Below, one piece after another: positions 23,899-32,000 of a stretch of DNA of 32,000 nucleotides. The notes under the pieces are model-generated. The model was not told the DNA's origin. It worked only from the letters and a program-made list of their open reading frames with translations, and ran no database searches. Both the position numbers and the translations under genes were made by a program. The stretch covers positions 1,712,180 through 1,744,179 of the forward strand of contig NZ_LT963434.1 of assembly GCF_900199515.1 (NCBI RefSeq). The letters run 5' to 3'. Numbering within the stretch: position 1 is the stretch's first letter; each line of letters begins with the position of its first letter. The DNA is from Massilicoli timonensis (GTDB lineage: Bacteria > Bacillota_I > Bacilli_A > Erysipelotrichales > Erysipelotrichaceae).

Positions 23899-24651
23899 TT
23901 ATCGTGCCTGTTCTTTACTGGCCGCTTGGCGGCGCTTCCCGGCCTGGGCCGATTTCAGCCCCTGCAGCTCGGTTTTCACCGATGAGCGCCCTCCATTGAT
24001 TCGCTCCACCGTGAGCGCCGTGTCACGATCCATCTCAGAAAATGCCTTGCCGCAGTACAGCACAAAGCTCCGCAGCTTGGCAAGCACACCCTTATCCGCA
24101 GATAATTCCTTGCTTTCCTGGGGTTCCTCCCCCGCAAGGGCAAGCCCGGCATTTTTGATGTGACCGCCCGCCTGGTGCAATTCTTCCCGCATGGCGTCCA
24201 GCCTTACGGAACACTGTTCCATGCCTTTGCCGGCATGGGCAAAGCCCCGCCCCATCCGGGAAAGAACCGAGGGGATACGCAGGGCCTGTGCTGCATGGCA
24301 CAGGGCGGAGCGCCCTTTCTCTCGGAAAGTCTGCACCATCTGCTTTGCAGATGAAATGAGGTTTTCTTTTGCCGTGGAAACCATCACTTTGGTCTGGTGG
24401 ACTTTACCCTCCACAGTGTCCACAAGCTGGGAGCACCGGGCGCGGATTCCTTTGTCGTGGAGCTTGCCCACCTCCAGACGCATTTCTTTCATTTCGTCCA
24501 TCATCTGCGCCAGCTTTTCTTCCATACCGTCGATATAGCCCACCAGGGCCTGCACTTCTTCTTTCTGCTTTTGAAGCCCGCTCTGTTCCAAAACAGAAAT
24601 CAGGTCTATGATCTGCGGATGGTCCCGCAGCGCAAGAGCTGGTTCAGCCAT
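23899..24651 (-). CDS. Conserved conjugative-element hypothetical protein, coiled-coil rich
   Basis: 250 aa. Good GGAGGA SD. Heptad-like charged segments. No catalytic motif recognised. Confidence 0.6.
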   Translation of the reverse strand: MAEPALALRDHPQIIDLISVLEQSGLQKQKEEVQALVGYIDGMEEKLAQMMDEMKEMRLEVGKLHDKGIRARCSQLVDTVEGKVHQTKVMVSTAKENLISSAKQMVQTFREKGRSALCHAAQALRIPSVLSRMGRGFAHAGKGMEQCSVRLDAMREELHQAGGHIKNAGLALAGEEPQESKELSADKGVLAKLRSFVLYCGKAFSEMDRDTALTVERINGGRSSVKTELQGLKSAQAGKRRQAASKEQAR

Positions 24652-24677
24652 TGTTCATTCCTCCATTCTCAAACGTA

Positions 24678-25082
24678 TCATCGCTCCGGTTCCGCCTGCT
24701 TTTTTGCAGGGGGCAGCTCCCGGCAGTATTCCGGGTAACGGATTTTCACGCCCTCCATAAAGTAAGGTGCAAACTCGCAGCAGAACAAATCCTCCGGGGA
24801 ATAGGCGTTGCTGTGCTCCGGGTCGGTGTAGCCGTTCCAGAGATTGAAAGCAAGGCGGCACACCCGGACGGTGCCGCTGGTCTGCCAGCCGCCGTGCATA
24901 CCATCCGGTTCAATGCAATCCTGCTTGAAATCAAACATCTGGCGGATGTTGGCCCGCGTTTCCGGGGCAATCCCCATCACATAGAAAAAGGCCCGGTGGT
25001 AACAGTCGTTCCGCCGCGCCTTGCTCATCATATCCAAAAAGAAATCCCGGTGTTCCGGGGACGCAAAACGGATATTGCTCAT
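24678..25082 (-). CDS. Conserved conjugative-element hypothetical protein (DUF-type)
   Basis: 134 aa. ATGA overlap with the VirB4 stop. Codon usage matches its neighbours. Confidence 0.6.
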   Translation of the reverse strand: MSNIRFASPEHRDFFLDMMSKARRNDCYHRAFFYVMGIAPETRANIRQMFDFKQDCIEPDGMHGGWQTSGTVRVCRLAFNLWNGYTDPEHSNAYSPEDLFCCEFAPYFMEGVKIRYPEYCRELPPAKKQAEPER

Positions 25083-27436
25083 GCCGGCACCTCCTCGCCG
25101 CCGAATACACCTTCACCGGGCTTGGTGGTCATCAAAGCATAGAGCTTTGTGTCACGGGGGAACCGGTTGATGAAAGGCACCAGGGCGCTGCCATACCGGA
25201 TGAGGCCGCAGCCCGCGTCTGCGTTGGTGACGTAGCTCATCTGTTCATTGGAGATATTGAGGAGCTTCGCCAGCTTTGCCCGGTCGGACGCCGCCTGATT
25301 CAGCATGACAATAAACTCCGAGTTGGAGAGCATGGTGCTGGCCTGGACGGAATCCAAAAGGTACTCCACGTTCTGGGTGATGGCCGTGGGATAAGCACCG
25401 CGCTTTCTAAACTGCCTCCATGCGGAATTAAAGAAAATGCCGCTTTGCTCATTTTCAAACATCACATGAAACTCATCGATGAACACATGGGTACGCTTGC
25501 CCCGTTTCCAGTTGAGGGTGACGCGGTTCAGGATGGTATCGGTGATGACCAGGGAACCGGCAGGCTTTAGCTGCTCGCCCAGGCCGTGGATGTCGAACAC
25601 CACATAGGGCTTGTTCAAATCCACTGTGCTTTCCCGGCCAAAGATGTCCAGGGAGCCGGTGGTGTAAAGCTCCAGGGAAAGGGCAATCTCCTTGGCCTTG
25701 TCCTCCGGCTGCTCCAGCAGCTTATTCCGCAGGTCGCAGAGGGTAGCCACCCGCCCAATCTTCTCCGCCTCCGGGTACACCAGGGCGGTGCAGCGGTCAA
25801 TGATGGATTTATGCTGCGGTCCCACGCCGCGCTTGTCGATCTGCTCGATGAGGGACATGACAAACTGGCTCTTTTCCACGATGGGGTTTTGCTCGCCGTA
25901 GCCCTCCACCATATACATGGCGTTGAGGCGGTCTTTGCCGCCTGCCACCAGATGGGCCACCGTCGCTTTTTCTCGGCCCAGGGCTTTGACGAGTGCGCCA
26001 AATTCTCCCTCCGGGTCGCAGATCAGGATGTCATCATTGGCGTAATCCGGGTGGAGCATGAGAAACGCGATCAGTTCTTTGGCGCTGAAGGATTTACCCG
26101 CACCGGGTACGCCCAGCAGGAAGGCCGACTGGTTCAAAAGGTTCGCCTTGTTGCACATAATGAGATTGTGGGAAATGGCGTTCTCTCCAAAGTAAATGCC
26201 GCCTTTATCCTGGATTTCCTGTACCTTGAAGGGAATAAACACGGCCAGAGATTCCGTAGTAAGAGTGCGAAACGCATTGATTTTCCGCACCCCGATGGGC
26301 AGGGCGGTATTCAGGCCATCAAGCTGCTGGAACTTGAGCACCGCAAGCTGGCACATATGCTTTCGAGCCACGGAGAGTACGGCTTCGGTGTCGCTGTCAA
26401 GCTGTTCTTTGGTATCTGCGGTGATGGCCAGGGTCATTACCGCGAACATCATCCGCTGGTCGCGGGTGGTGAGGTCGTCCAAAAACTCCTTGCTTTCTTT
26501 CCGCTGCAGCTCCATATCATAAGGAACTACGGCGCTGAAATTGTTGTTGGCATTCTGGCGGCGCTGCCAGTTGGTGATGTTGGTTTCCACACCCAGCAGG
26601 CGGTTTTCCACCTCCCGCACAGCTTCGTCCGTAGGCACCGGCACAATGTCGATGGAGAACATCAAATTGCGGTTGAAATCCGTCAGCTCAGTCACCATGT
26701 TATCCTTAATATAAGAGGCGTAGTCTTTGAGGAACAGCACACGGCAGAACTTATCGCCCAGCTTCAGATAGTCGCTGTTTTTCTCGATCCCGTCCGGGCA
26801 GATATAGTCCTTAAAGCTGTGGCCCCGTTTCATCATCTCGCGGGCATTGAAAACAAATTCGGATTCCTCGCCCTGGCGGTAGAAATCGTGCAGGATACGC
26901 AGGCGCTCGGTGGCGTCCAGCTCCACGCACTTGGAGCCAAGGGCCGAAAAGTGGGAAATCAGGTCGGCCCCCACGCGGGCAAAGTAGGCGCGAGCCTCCT
27001 CGATGTCCTTCTTCACCACGGAGATGGTGATATACTTCTCCTGGGTAATGCCGTTGGCTCCGGTGGCCTTGTCCAGCAGCATTTGGTTGTACTCCTTACG
27101 GTACTCATCCCGGAAATCCCCCTGCATGGGCATGAGGATGGACGTTTCAAAGTTGGCCTTGTTCATACGGCGGTTGTTGATGGTGATTTTTGTCACCGCG
27201 CCGGAATCCAGGGAATTGAGCAGCTCCGAGTAGGTGAGGAACATGGATTCCTTGTCCTCCCGGCTGGCCACCAGATAGTTGATGTCGCTGAATTTATAGG
27301 TTTTGGAGAACTTATTCCCCACAAGAAAAATGCCGTCCGGCCAGATACGGCGGACGGGGATGACATCCTGCACCTTCCGGGGGACGGTATAACGCTCCTT
27401 TTCCTGCTTGGACATGGTTTTGATGGTCTTAATCAT
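25079..27436 (-). CDS. VirB4-like conjugal transfer ATPase (Gram-positive TcpF/Orf16 type)
   Basis: 785 aa. Walker A GVPGAGKSF, Walker B-like VFIDEFH. Position between PrgI-like and downstream T4SS genes. Confidence 0.95.
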   Translation of the reverse strand: MIKTIKTMSKQEKERYTVPRKVQDVIPVRRIWPDGIFLVGNKFSKTYKFSDINYLVASREDKESMFLTYSELLNSLDSGAVTKITINNRRMNKANFETSILMPMQGDFRDEYRKEYNQMLLDKATGANGITQEKYITISVVKKDIEEARAYFARVGADLISHFSALGSKCVELDATERLRILHDFYRQGEESEFVFNAREMMKRGHSFKDYICPDGIEKNSDYLKLGDKFCRVLFLKDYASYIKDNMVTELTDFNRNLMFSIDIVPVPTDEAVREVENRLLGVETNITNWQRRQNANNNFSAVVPYDMELQRKESKEFLDDLTTRDQRMMFAVMTLAITADTKEQLDSDTEAVLSVARKHMCQLAVLKFQQLDGLNTALPIGVRKINAFRTLTTESLAVFIPFKVQEIQDKGGIYFGENAISHNLIMCNKANLLNQSAFLLGVPGAGKSFSAKELIAFLMLHPDYANDDILICDPEGEFGALVKALGREKATVAHLVAGGKDRLNAMYMVEGYGEQNPIVEKSQFVMSLIEQIDKRGVGPQHKSIIDRCTALVYPEAEKIGRVATLCDLRNKLLEQPEDKAKEIALSLELYTTGSLDIFGRESTVDLNKPYVVFDIHGLGEQLKPAGSLVITDTILNRVTLNWKRGKRTHVFIDEFHVMFENEQSGIFFNSAWRQFRKRGAYPTAITQNVEYLLDSVQASTMLSNSEFIVMLNQAASDRAKLAKLLNISNEQMSYVTNADAGCGLIRYGSALVPFINRFPRDTKLYALMTTKPGEGVFGGEEVPA

Positions 27437-27842
27437 GCTTGGCCTCCTTTCGCTTGCTAAAGTGTTTCGGCTCCTGCCGGCGCTTCTTGCCGGGACGCCC
27501 GGTTTGCAGCTCCTCGATGGTATCTTTCAGAGCAGCATAGTAGTAGTTGCTGTCCTCGAACTTAAACTCCTTCGGCTCCAGCATTTCCGAGCGCAGCCAC
27601 GCCCAGATGAATTTTTCCGCCGTCATGCCGTGATAGGTGATAAACCCCAGCATGGCAAAGGGGGCCGCCCCCAAAATGCACATCCAGGACAGGGTTTCCA
27701 CCCCAAAGTGGGGGCGCAGGATAAAATAAAGGCCCACGGCCACGCCGCAGGCAAGAACAGAAAAGATGAACTGCCGCATAGACAATCCAAAAAACATACT
27801 CTCCGTGTAATTACGGATTTCCCGGTTGATCTTAACTTCCAA
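27429..27842 (-). CDS. PrgI-family small membrane protein of the T4SS (TTG start)
   Basis: N-terminus EVKINREIRNYTESMFFGLSMRQF followed by two TMs. GAGGTG SD. 8-nt overlap with virB4. Confidence 0.75.
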   Translation of the reverse strand: MEVKINREIRNYTESMFFGLSMRQFIFSVLACGVAVGLYFILRPHFGVETLSWMCILGAAPFAMLGFITYHGMTAEKFIWAWLRSEMLEPKEFKFEDSNYYYAALKDTIEELQTGRPGKKRRQEPKHFSKRKEAKHD

Positions 27843-27846
27843 AATA

Positions 27847-28062
27847 TCACCTCACAATCACATTGCCGGTTTCAAGGTAAACAATGCTGCTCTTGGGAAT
27901 ATAGGCAAAGCCCAGCAGCCGGTCGCCCACGGTAAAAATCTCGTCTGGAGCCGCTTTGGAGAAGTGGCCCACAATTCCCTTTTCAGCGGGCAGGTCGTAA
28001 TCCTCCACCATTGGGATGGCGGTTCCATCAATCAAGTGCAGCACATAGGTTTGATAACGCAT
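27847..28062 (-). CDS. Small conserved hypothetical protein of the T4SS operon
   Basis: 71 aa. AGGAGG SD. Tightly packed between T4SS genes. Confidence 0.55.
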   Translation of the reverse strand: MRYQTYVLHLIDGTAIPMVEDYDLPAEKGIVGHFSKAAPDEIFTVGDRLLGFAYIPKSSIVYLETGNVIVR

Positions 28063-28078
28063 TTGTTTTCCTCCTTTT

Positions 28079-28915
28079 TTACAGGCCCATCATCTCGCGC
28101 ACCACGCGGTCGGCCATTTTCACCGCGCCCACGAGGACGAGCATATTAAAGACCAGCTCCCCGATATAGCTCCACACCTGGGTGACTGCCGCCGCATTGG
28201 GGTCAATGGCAGGCGGGGACGCCGCGAACAGGGAAAAGATGATACAGGCCAGCACAATGATGGCCCCTTCCAGGCACACGGCGGCATAGCTCTTGATAAA
28301 GCTCTTGCCCACGTTTTGGGTCGGCTCCCCGGCAAAGGTGGACAGAGGCACCGGCGCGATGGCCGTGTATAAATAGAGCTTAAAAAACCGCCCGTAAACG
28401 GTCATTATCATAATGAAGCTGAGGACTGTAATAAACAGCCCGCCGATGAGCGTCACCGCCCAGAGGGGGATACTCTCGAAAAATCCGCAGCTTTCCACCG
28501 CGTCAATGATCTCCTGGGGCAACACAGTCTGTTGGGCGGTTCCAAAGCCCGCCGCGTTCATTATTGTTGAAACGAGGCCCTGGACGATATTAAAGAGGGC
28601 CATCATCAGCTCCAGCCCATAGGTCACAACGCCCTTGGCAATGGCAAACCGAATGAACAGCTTCAGCGCGTGTTCCGGTTTTTTCACCTCGGCAAAGCTG
28701 CCGCAGGTGCGCATGACGCCAATCACAAAGAACAACACCAAAAGCGCAAGGCCAATGGCCCGCACCGCGTCATGGATGTTGACAATGACGCCCCAGATGG
28801 AGCCGCCCTTAAACTGTTCCGGGCTTTGGGTGATGAGCTGCCAGATCTCAGACAGGTACTTGTTCCAGGTATCGAGGGCATTTTGCAAATTTTGTACAAC
28901 CCAGTTATCGGACAT
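28079..28915 (-). CDS. Polytopic T4SS membrane protein (VirB6/TrbL-like; CD0415/CD1112-type as recalled)
   Basis: 278 aa, at least 5 TM. Position between Maff2-like and PrgI-like genes. Confidence 0.7.
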   Translation of the reverse strand: MSDNWVVQNLQNALDTWNKYLSEIWQLITQSPEQFKGGSIWGVIVNIHDAVRAIGLALLVLFFVIGVMRTCGSFAEVKKPEHALKLFIRFAIAKGVVTYGLELMMALFNIVQGLVSTIMNAAGFGTAQQTVLPQEIIDAVESCGFFESIPLWAVTLIGGLFITVLSFIMIMTVYGRFFKLYLYTAIAPVPLSTFAGEPTQNVGKSFIKSYAAVCLEGAIIVLACIIFSLFAASPPAIDPNAAAVTQVWSYIGELVFNMLVLVGAVKMADRVVREMMGL

Positions 28916-28943
28916 TCAACAACCTCCTTTCCGGCAACGGTAA

Positions 28944-28969
28944 GGGGCAGGCCGCCACGGGCCTGCCCC
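28944..28969 (-). other. Intra-operon GC-rich stem-loop after the Maff2-like gene
   Basis: ggggcaggcc / ggcctgcccc 10-bp stem with a 6-nt loop, extendable by aacgg/ccgtt. No U-tract. Confidence 0.5.
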
Positions 28970-28988
28970 CACACTGCCGTTATTAGAA

Positions 28989-29342
28989 TCAGCCGGTAAT
29001 CAGGGTCAAAATCTCCTTCGCAAACGTAATCACAACGCCGCCGGCCAGGGTGAGAAAACCATTGGCTCGCTGGCTGGGGTCATGGCTTTTCAGAGAAAGG
29101 CCGATCTGCACGACGCCGAAGCCCAGCAAAATCATACCCACGGCGCGGATCAGGCCGAAGATGAAATCACTGAGGTTGTTGATAACAGTCAACGGGTCGC
29201 TGGCGGCAAAGGCCGTAGTGGTGCAGCAGCACAGCATGAGCACCAGGGCTGCATAAACAGCAAAGGCGCTCCGGCTCTTTTTTCCCATGGGCAGGCTGCG
29301 GGTTTCTTTCTTCTGCTTGCTTTCCTTATGAAACAGTTTCAT
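28989..29342 (-). CDS. Maff2-family small secreted/membrane protein (pilin-like T4SS component)
   Basis: 117 aa from the ATG at 29342 (AGGAGG 8 nt upstream). Signal peptide ending AFA-AS, then two hydrophobic helices. The ORF-track extension to 29456 lies inside virD4. Confidence 0.7.
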   Translation of the reverse strand: MKLFHKESKQKKETRSLPMGKKSRSAFAVYAALVLMLCCCTTTAFAASDPLTVINNLSDFIFGLIRAVGMILLGFGVVQIGLSLKSHDPSQRANGFLTLAGGVVITFAKEILTLITG

Positions 29343-31191
29343 TTTTGGTGTCCTCCTTAAATTGAAAGATATTCTCCATGTCCTCATCGGACAGAAGTTC
29401 GTAAAGGGTTTCCGGCTCCTGGATATTGGCAAGGTCGCCGGGGGTGAGGCGGCCAATGGTCATATCCGCCACGGCGTTTTCGGTGCCGCCGTGGGAATAG
29501 ACGGGCGCGCCGCCATCGGTGGTGTACTTGATGTTGGGGTGTTTCAAGAGGTCATACTTTTCATCCATCAGCGGCGCTTCGCCACGGATAAAGAGCAGGG
29601 CCAGGTTGTTGTCCAGCATACGGACCTCATCGGGCGTCATCAGCTCCCGGCCCGTAATCTGGTTGTTGGTGGAGTAGCTGCCGGAATGCCCGGTGCTCTT
29701 GCCGTAGGTGTCCAGCCAGAGGGTGCTTTTCCCCAGGTAGTTCTCGGAGATCAGCTTGTGGGTGGACGTTTCATTGCCGCCCAGGTACAGAAATTCATCG
29801 CAGTTGCCGATGATGGATTCCCATTGCTTTTCAAACAGCGCCTTGAGCTGGGCAATGTTCTGGATGATGATAGAAACGCTGATATTCCGGGAGCGCATGG
29901 TGGCCAGCAGCTTGTCGAAATCATCCGGCAAGCTCACGTTGGCGAACTCATCCATGAGAAAATGCACCGGTACGGGCAGGCTACCGCCGTGTACCCGGTC
30001 GGCAGAATAAAAAAGTTCTTGGAAGGTGCTGGCATACAGCAGGCTTACCAAAAAATTGAAGCTGGCGTCGTTGTCCGGGATCAGCGCAAAAAGCGCCACT
30101 TTTTTCTCACCCAGGCTGGAAAGGTCCAGTTCATCCGTGGCGGTGAGGGCCGCCACCGAGGAAAGATTGAATTTTTCCAGGCGGGACGCCAAGGTGATTT
30201 GAATGGATTTCAGCGTTTTGGCAGAGCCGGAACGATAATCCTTGTAATACTTCACAGCGATGTGATCCGGGGAGCGCATTTCCAGCCGGTCAAACAGTTC
30301 GTCAAGCGGCGATTGGTAGGAATCATCATCCTCCCGCACCTCCCCGGCTCGGAGCATCTCCATAATCATGGGGAAATTCTTCTCGTCCTCCGGCGCTTCG
30401 TACCACAGGTAAAACACTAAAGCCATGAGGAGCATACTGGCCGCCGTATCCCAGAAAGGGTCGTTGGACTGGCTCCCTTTTGGGGTGGTGGCTTTGAACA
30501 GGTTCGTCACCATCTTCTGCACATCATTGTCGGATTTCAGATAGGCAAAGGGATTGTAGCAGTGACTTTTCTCCATGTTCAGAAGGTCTACCACCTTGAT
30601 CTCATAGCCCATCCGTTCCAACAGGCTGCCGCAGTCACGAAGCAGCTCCCCCTTACAGTCCAAAATAAAAAGGGACGTATTGCATTGGCAGATGTTCACT
30701 TTGGCGTAGAACCGGCTCTTGCCCGCGCCGCTGCCGCCCACCACCAAAGTGTTGAGGTTGCGGCGGTGTTTCCGGCCATCCAGCCCCATGCGGACGTGCT
30801 GGGTGAAAATGCGGTTTTTGAACGGGTCCTTGTCCCGGTATTTCTTATTCACAGCCCGCGGATCGCCCCATTTGGCGGAACCGTGTTCTTCGCCTCTGCG
30901 GTAATTGCGCCGGGATGAGAGATAAATGCCAATGCCCAGCCCATAGGCGGCAATAAAAATGAGGACAGTTTTTACACTGTCCTCACACCACACGATTTTG
31001 AATGGATTGTTCATTGCCGCAGGCAGGGCGCTGACAATCTCCGAAAGTCCCCCGGAAGTGGCAGGCGCAATCAGCAGGGCGAACCAGATCACCGGGACCA
31101 GCCCCAGGGCATAGAGCCAGGGGCCGCCCGCCTTGTTATCTGGCTTCATCCCGACGCTTCGCTTTCTTGTCTTTTTGGGCTGGGGCGTCAA
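29326..31191 (-). CDS. VirD4/TraG-type type IV coupling protein
   Basis: Two N-terminal TMs. Walker A GGSGAGKSRF, Walker B-like HFLMDEF. Alternative start at 31149 (MKPDNK). Confidence 0.95.
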   Translation of the reverse strand: MTPQPKKTRKRSVGMKPDNKAGGPWLYALGLVPVIWFALLIAPATSGGLSEIVSALPAAMNNPFKIVWCEDSVKTVLIFIAAYGLGIGIYLSSRRNYRRGEEHGSAKWGDPRAVNKKYRDKDPFKNRIFTQHVRMGLDGRKHRRNLNTLVVGGSGAGKSRFYAKVNICQCNTSLFILDCKGELLRDCGSLLERMGYEIKVVDLLNMEKSHCYNPFAYLKSDNDVQKMVTNLFKATTPKGSQSNDPFWDTAASMLLMALVFYLWYEAPEDEKNFPMIMEMLRAGEVREDDDSYQSPLDELFDRLEMRSPDHIAVKYYKDYRSGSAKTLKSIQITLASRLEKFNLSSVAALTATDELDLSSLGEKKVALFALIPDNDASFNFLVSLLYASTFQELFYSADRVHGGSLPVPVHFLMDEFANVSLPDDFDKLLATMRSRNISVSIIIQNIAQLKALFEKQWESIIGNCDEFLYLGGNETSTHKLISENYLGKSTLWLDTYGKSTGHSGSYSTNNQITGRELMTPDEVRMLDNNLALLFIRGEAPLMDEKYDLLKHPNIKYTTDGGAPVYSHGGTENAVADMTIGRLTPGDLANIQEPETLYELLSDEDMENIFQFKEDTKNETVS

Positions 31192-31333
31192 TGGTTTTCA
31201 GCAGAACATCCTCCACCGGGCCGGGGTCGCGCTGTTCCTCCAGCATATCGTTGCGCAGCTCATTGAGGGCACGAATCATAATCCCATGCTCATAGCTGTC
31301 CAGGGTGAGGACGACTTTTTCCTGTCTTTCCAT
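31136..31333 (-). CDS. Small conserved hypothetical protein upstream of the coupling protein
   Basis: 65 aa. AAGGAGGT SD. Overlaps the virD4 start region. Confidence 0.5.
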   Translation of the reverse strand: MERQEKVVLTLDSYEHGIMIRALNELRNDMLEEQRDPGPVEDVLLKTIDAPAQKDKKAKRRDEAR

Positions 31334-31347
31334 CGCTCATACCTCCT

Positions 31348-32000
31348 TTACCGTTCCTGGTCTTTTTGCTTGCTGTCGCGGGTGAGGCCCATAGCCCTGG
31401 CCATACGGCCATTGAGGGATTTGAAGGCGTCCCGCATATCAGTGAGGGCCGCAGGAATATCCTCCCTGGGGACCTGCCCCTGAAATACGCCGTCCAGTTT
31501 GGAAATCTCATACTCTTTGGCGTCCACGCCATACCGCTTGCAGAGCATATAGCTGACCGCATAGGCTTTGTAGCCATCTGTCTCTCTGGAATAGCCATCC
31601 ATGCTTTGGGCAAGCTGCACATTGGCAACCTCCAGAGAAACACAGCGGAAGATGTCCGGCGCGTCCATGCCTTTTTTCACCAGGATGGCGTTCTGCTCTG
31701 CAGAAAACATGGCACCTCGGCCCTGGGGCAGTTCCTCCACGGCCCGGATGGGAACCGGGGAACTGGCGATCAGGCCCTTTAAGAGCAGGCGGTCATCGTA
31801 GCTCACCTGGGGATGAACCTGATCCCTCGCCGTAGTCTGGGAAATATCATAGACTTCCTTGGCGTAAAAGTTCTGGCCCACGCTGCCATCCTCACGCCGG
31901 TATGCTTTGCCCGGCTCCAGAATGATGATGGGCAAACGCTTCTCATCCTCCAAAATCTCGACCCCCTGGGCGTGCCACTCTTTGTAACCGCCCACACGCA
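31348..32000 (-). CDS. ArdC-N-like (ssDNA-binding/antirestriction-type) domain protein, 5' end outside the window
   Basis: The ORF is open to the window edge. GGYKEWHAQGVEILEDEKRLPIIILEPG resembles the recalled ArdC N-terminal pattern (W..G..V.KGEK..I). Weak call. Confidence 0.4.
   Translation of the reverse strand, partial: RVGGYKEWHAQGVEILEDEKRLPIIILEPGKAYRREDGSVGQNFYAKEVYDISQTTARDQVHPQVSYDDRLLLKGLIASSPVPIRAVEELPQGRGAMFSAEQNAILVKKGMDAPDIFRCVSLEVANVQLAQSMDGYSRETDGYKAYAVSYMLCKRYGVDAKEYEISKLDGVFQGQVPREDIPAALTDMRDAFKSLNGRMARAMGLTRDSKQKDQER

Larger units (their letters stand above)
1..32000 (-). mobile_element. Internal segment of a Clostridia-type integrative conjugative element (Tn1549/CTn-like): T4SS module on the right, about 20 kb of mosaic cargo on the left; element ends not in window
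   Basis: Co-oriented VirD4, Maff2-like, TrbL/VirB6-like, PrgI-like, VirB4, sortase B and CHAP hydrolase genes with overlapping junctions. TnpV remnant, sigma-70 r4 regulator and KTR protein are typical of such elements. Visible G+C mosaicism. No integrase, relaxase or att site seen. Confidence 0.75.

Noticed and set aside
25586-27460. 624-aa plus-strand ORF
   Set aside because: It is antisense to the well-supported VirB4 ATPase gene. Its composition (G/V/H/L/Q-rich) is that of a reverse-frame artefact.
1-32000. CRISPR arrays, tRNA/rRNA genes, IS elements with terminal inverted repeats, integrase or relaxase genes, toxin-antitoxin or restriction/defence nucleases
   Set aside because: I looked for regularly spaced direct repeats, cloverleaf-like or rRNA-like segments, transposase or recombinase motifs and nuclease motifs in all ORFs. 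None was found. The only repeats are those reported.

Overview
This window looks like an internal segment of a Firmicutes/Clostridia-type integrative conjugative element (Tn1549/CTn-like). Neither element end is visible, and there is no integrase or relaxase. All credible genes but one lie on the minus strand.

Right part (about 20.9-32 kb, high G+C): a Gram-positive type IV secretion/conjugation module. In transcription order it encodes an ArdC-like partial ORF, a small ORF, the VirD4 coupling protein, a Maff2-like small secreted membrane protein, a TrbL/VirB6-like polytopic protein, a small ORF, a PrgI-like protein, the VirB4 ATPase, two conserved hypotheticals, a class B sortase and a CHAP peptidoglycan hydrolase. 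It ends in a 5'-truncated TnpV-like remnant.

Left and middle (about 0.4-20.9 kb): mosaic cargo made of four modules.
1. TetR + ECF importer (MptD/Trep_Strep-type S component, EcfT, fused EcfA-A') + two ABC exporter half-transporters + a DtxR/MntR-type regulator. This module is visibly AT-richer than its flanks.
2. A sigma-70 region-4 regulator followed by an OmpR-type response regulator and a histidine kinase.
3. An AT-rich BlaI / sensor-less M56 (BlaR1-like) / ABC ATPase / two-permease module.
4. Three tandem MacB/FtsX-type permeases + one ATPase + a small membrane protein + a cysteine-rich KTR protein.

Observations worth follow-up:
- Phased GGTGGAG direct repeats sit at the same distance from -10-like hexamers in front of both the two-component-system operon and the triple-permease operon. 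This suggests one regulon that was split by insertion of the BlaI/BlaR1-ABC module.
- A structured repeat of about 125 bp lies immediately 3' of both AT-rich cargo modules.
- A DtxR-type iron-box-like sequence lies inside a putative promoter of the ECF operon, which also encodes a DtxR/MntR hybrid regulator.
- Several operators, leader ORFs and stem-loops are visible.

All functional calls rest on motifs read from the supplied translations and on recalled family knowledge. No database search was possible. No rRNA, tRNA or CRISPR array was seen.
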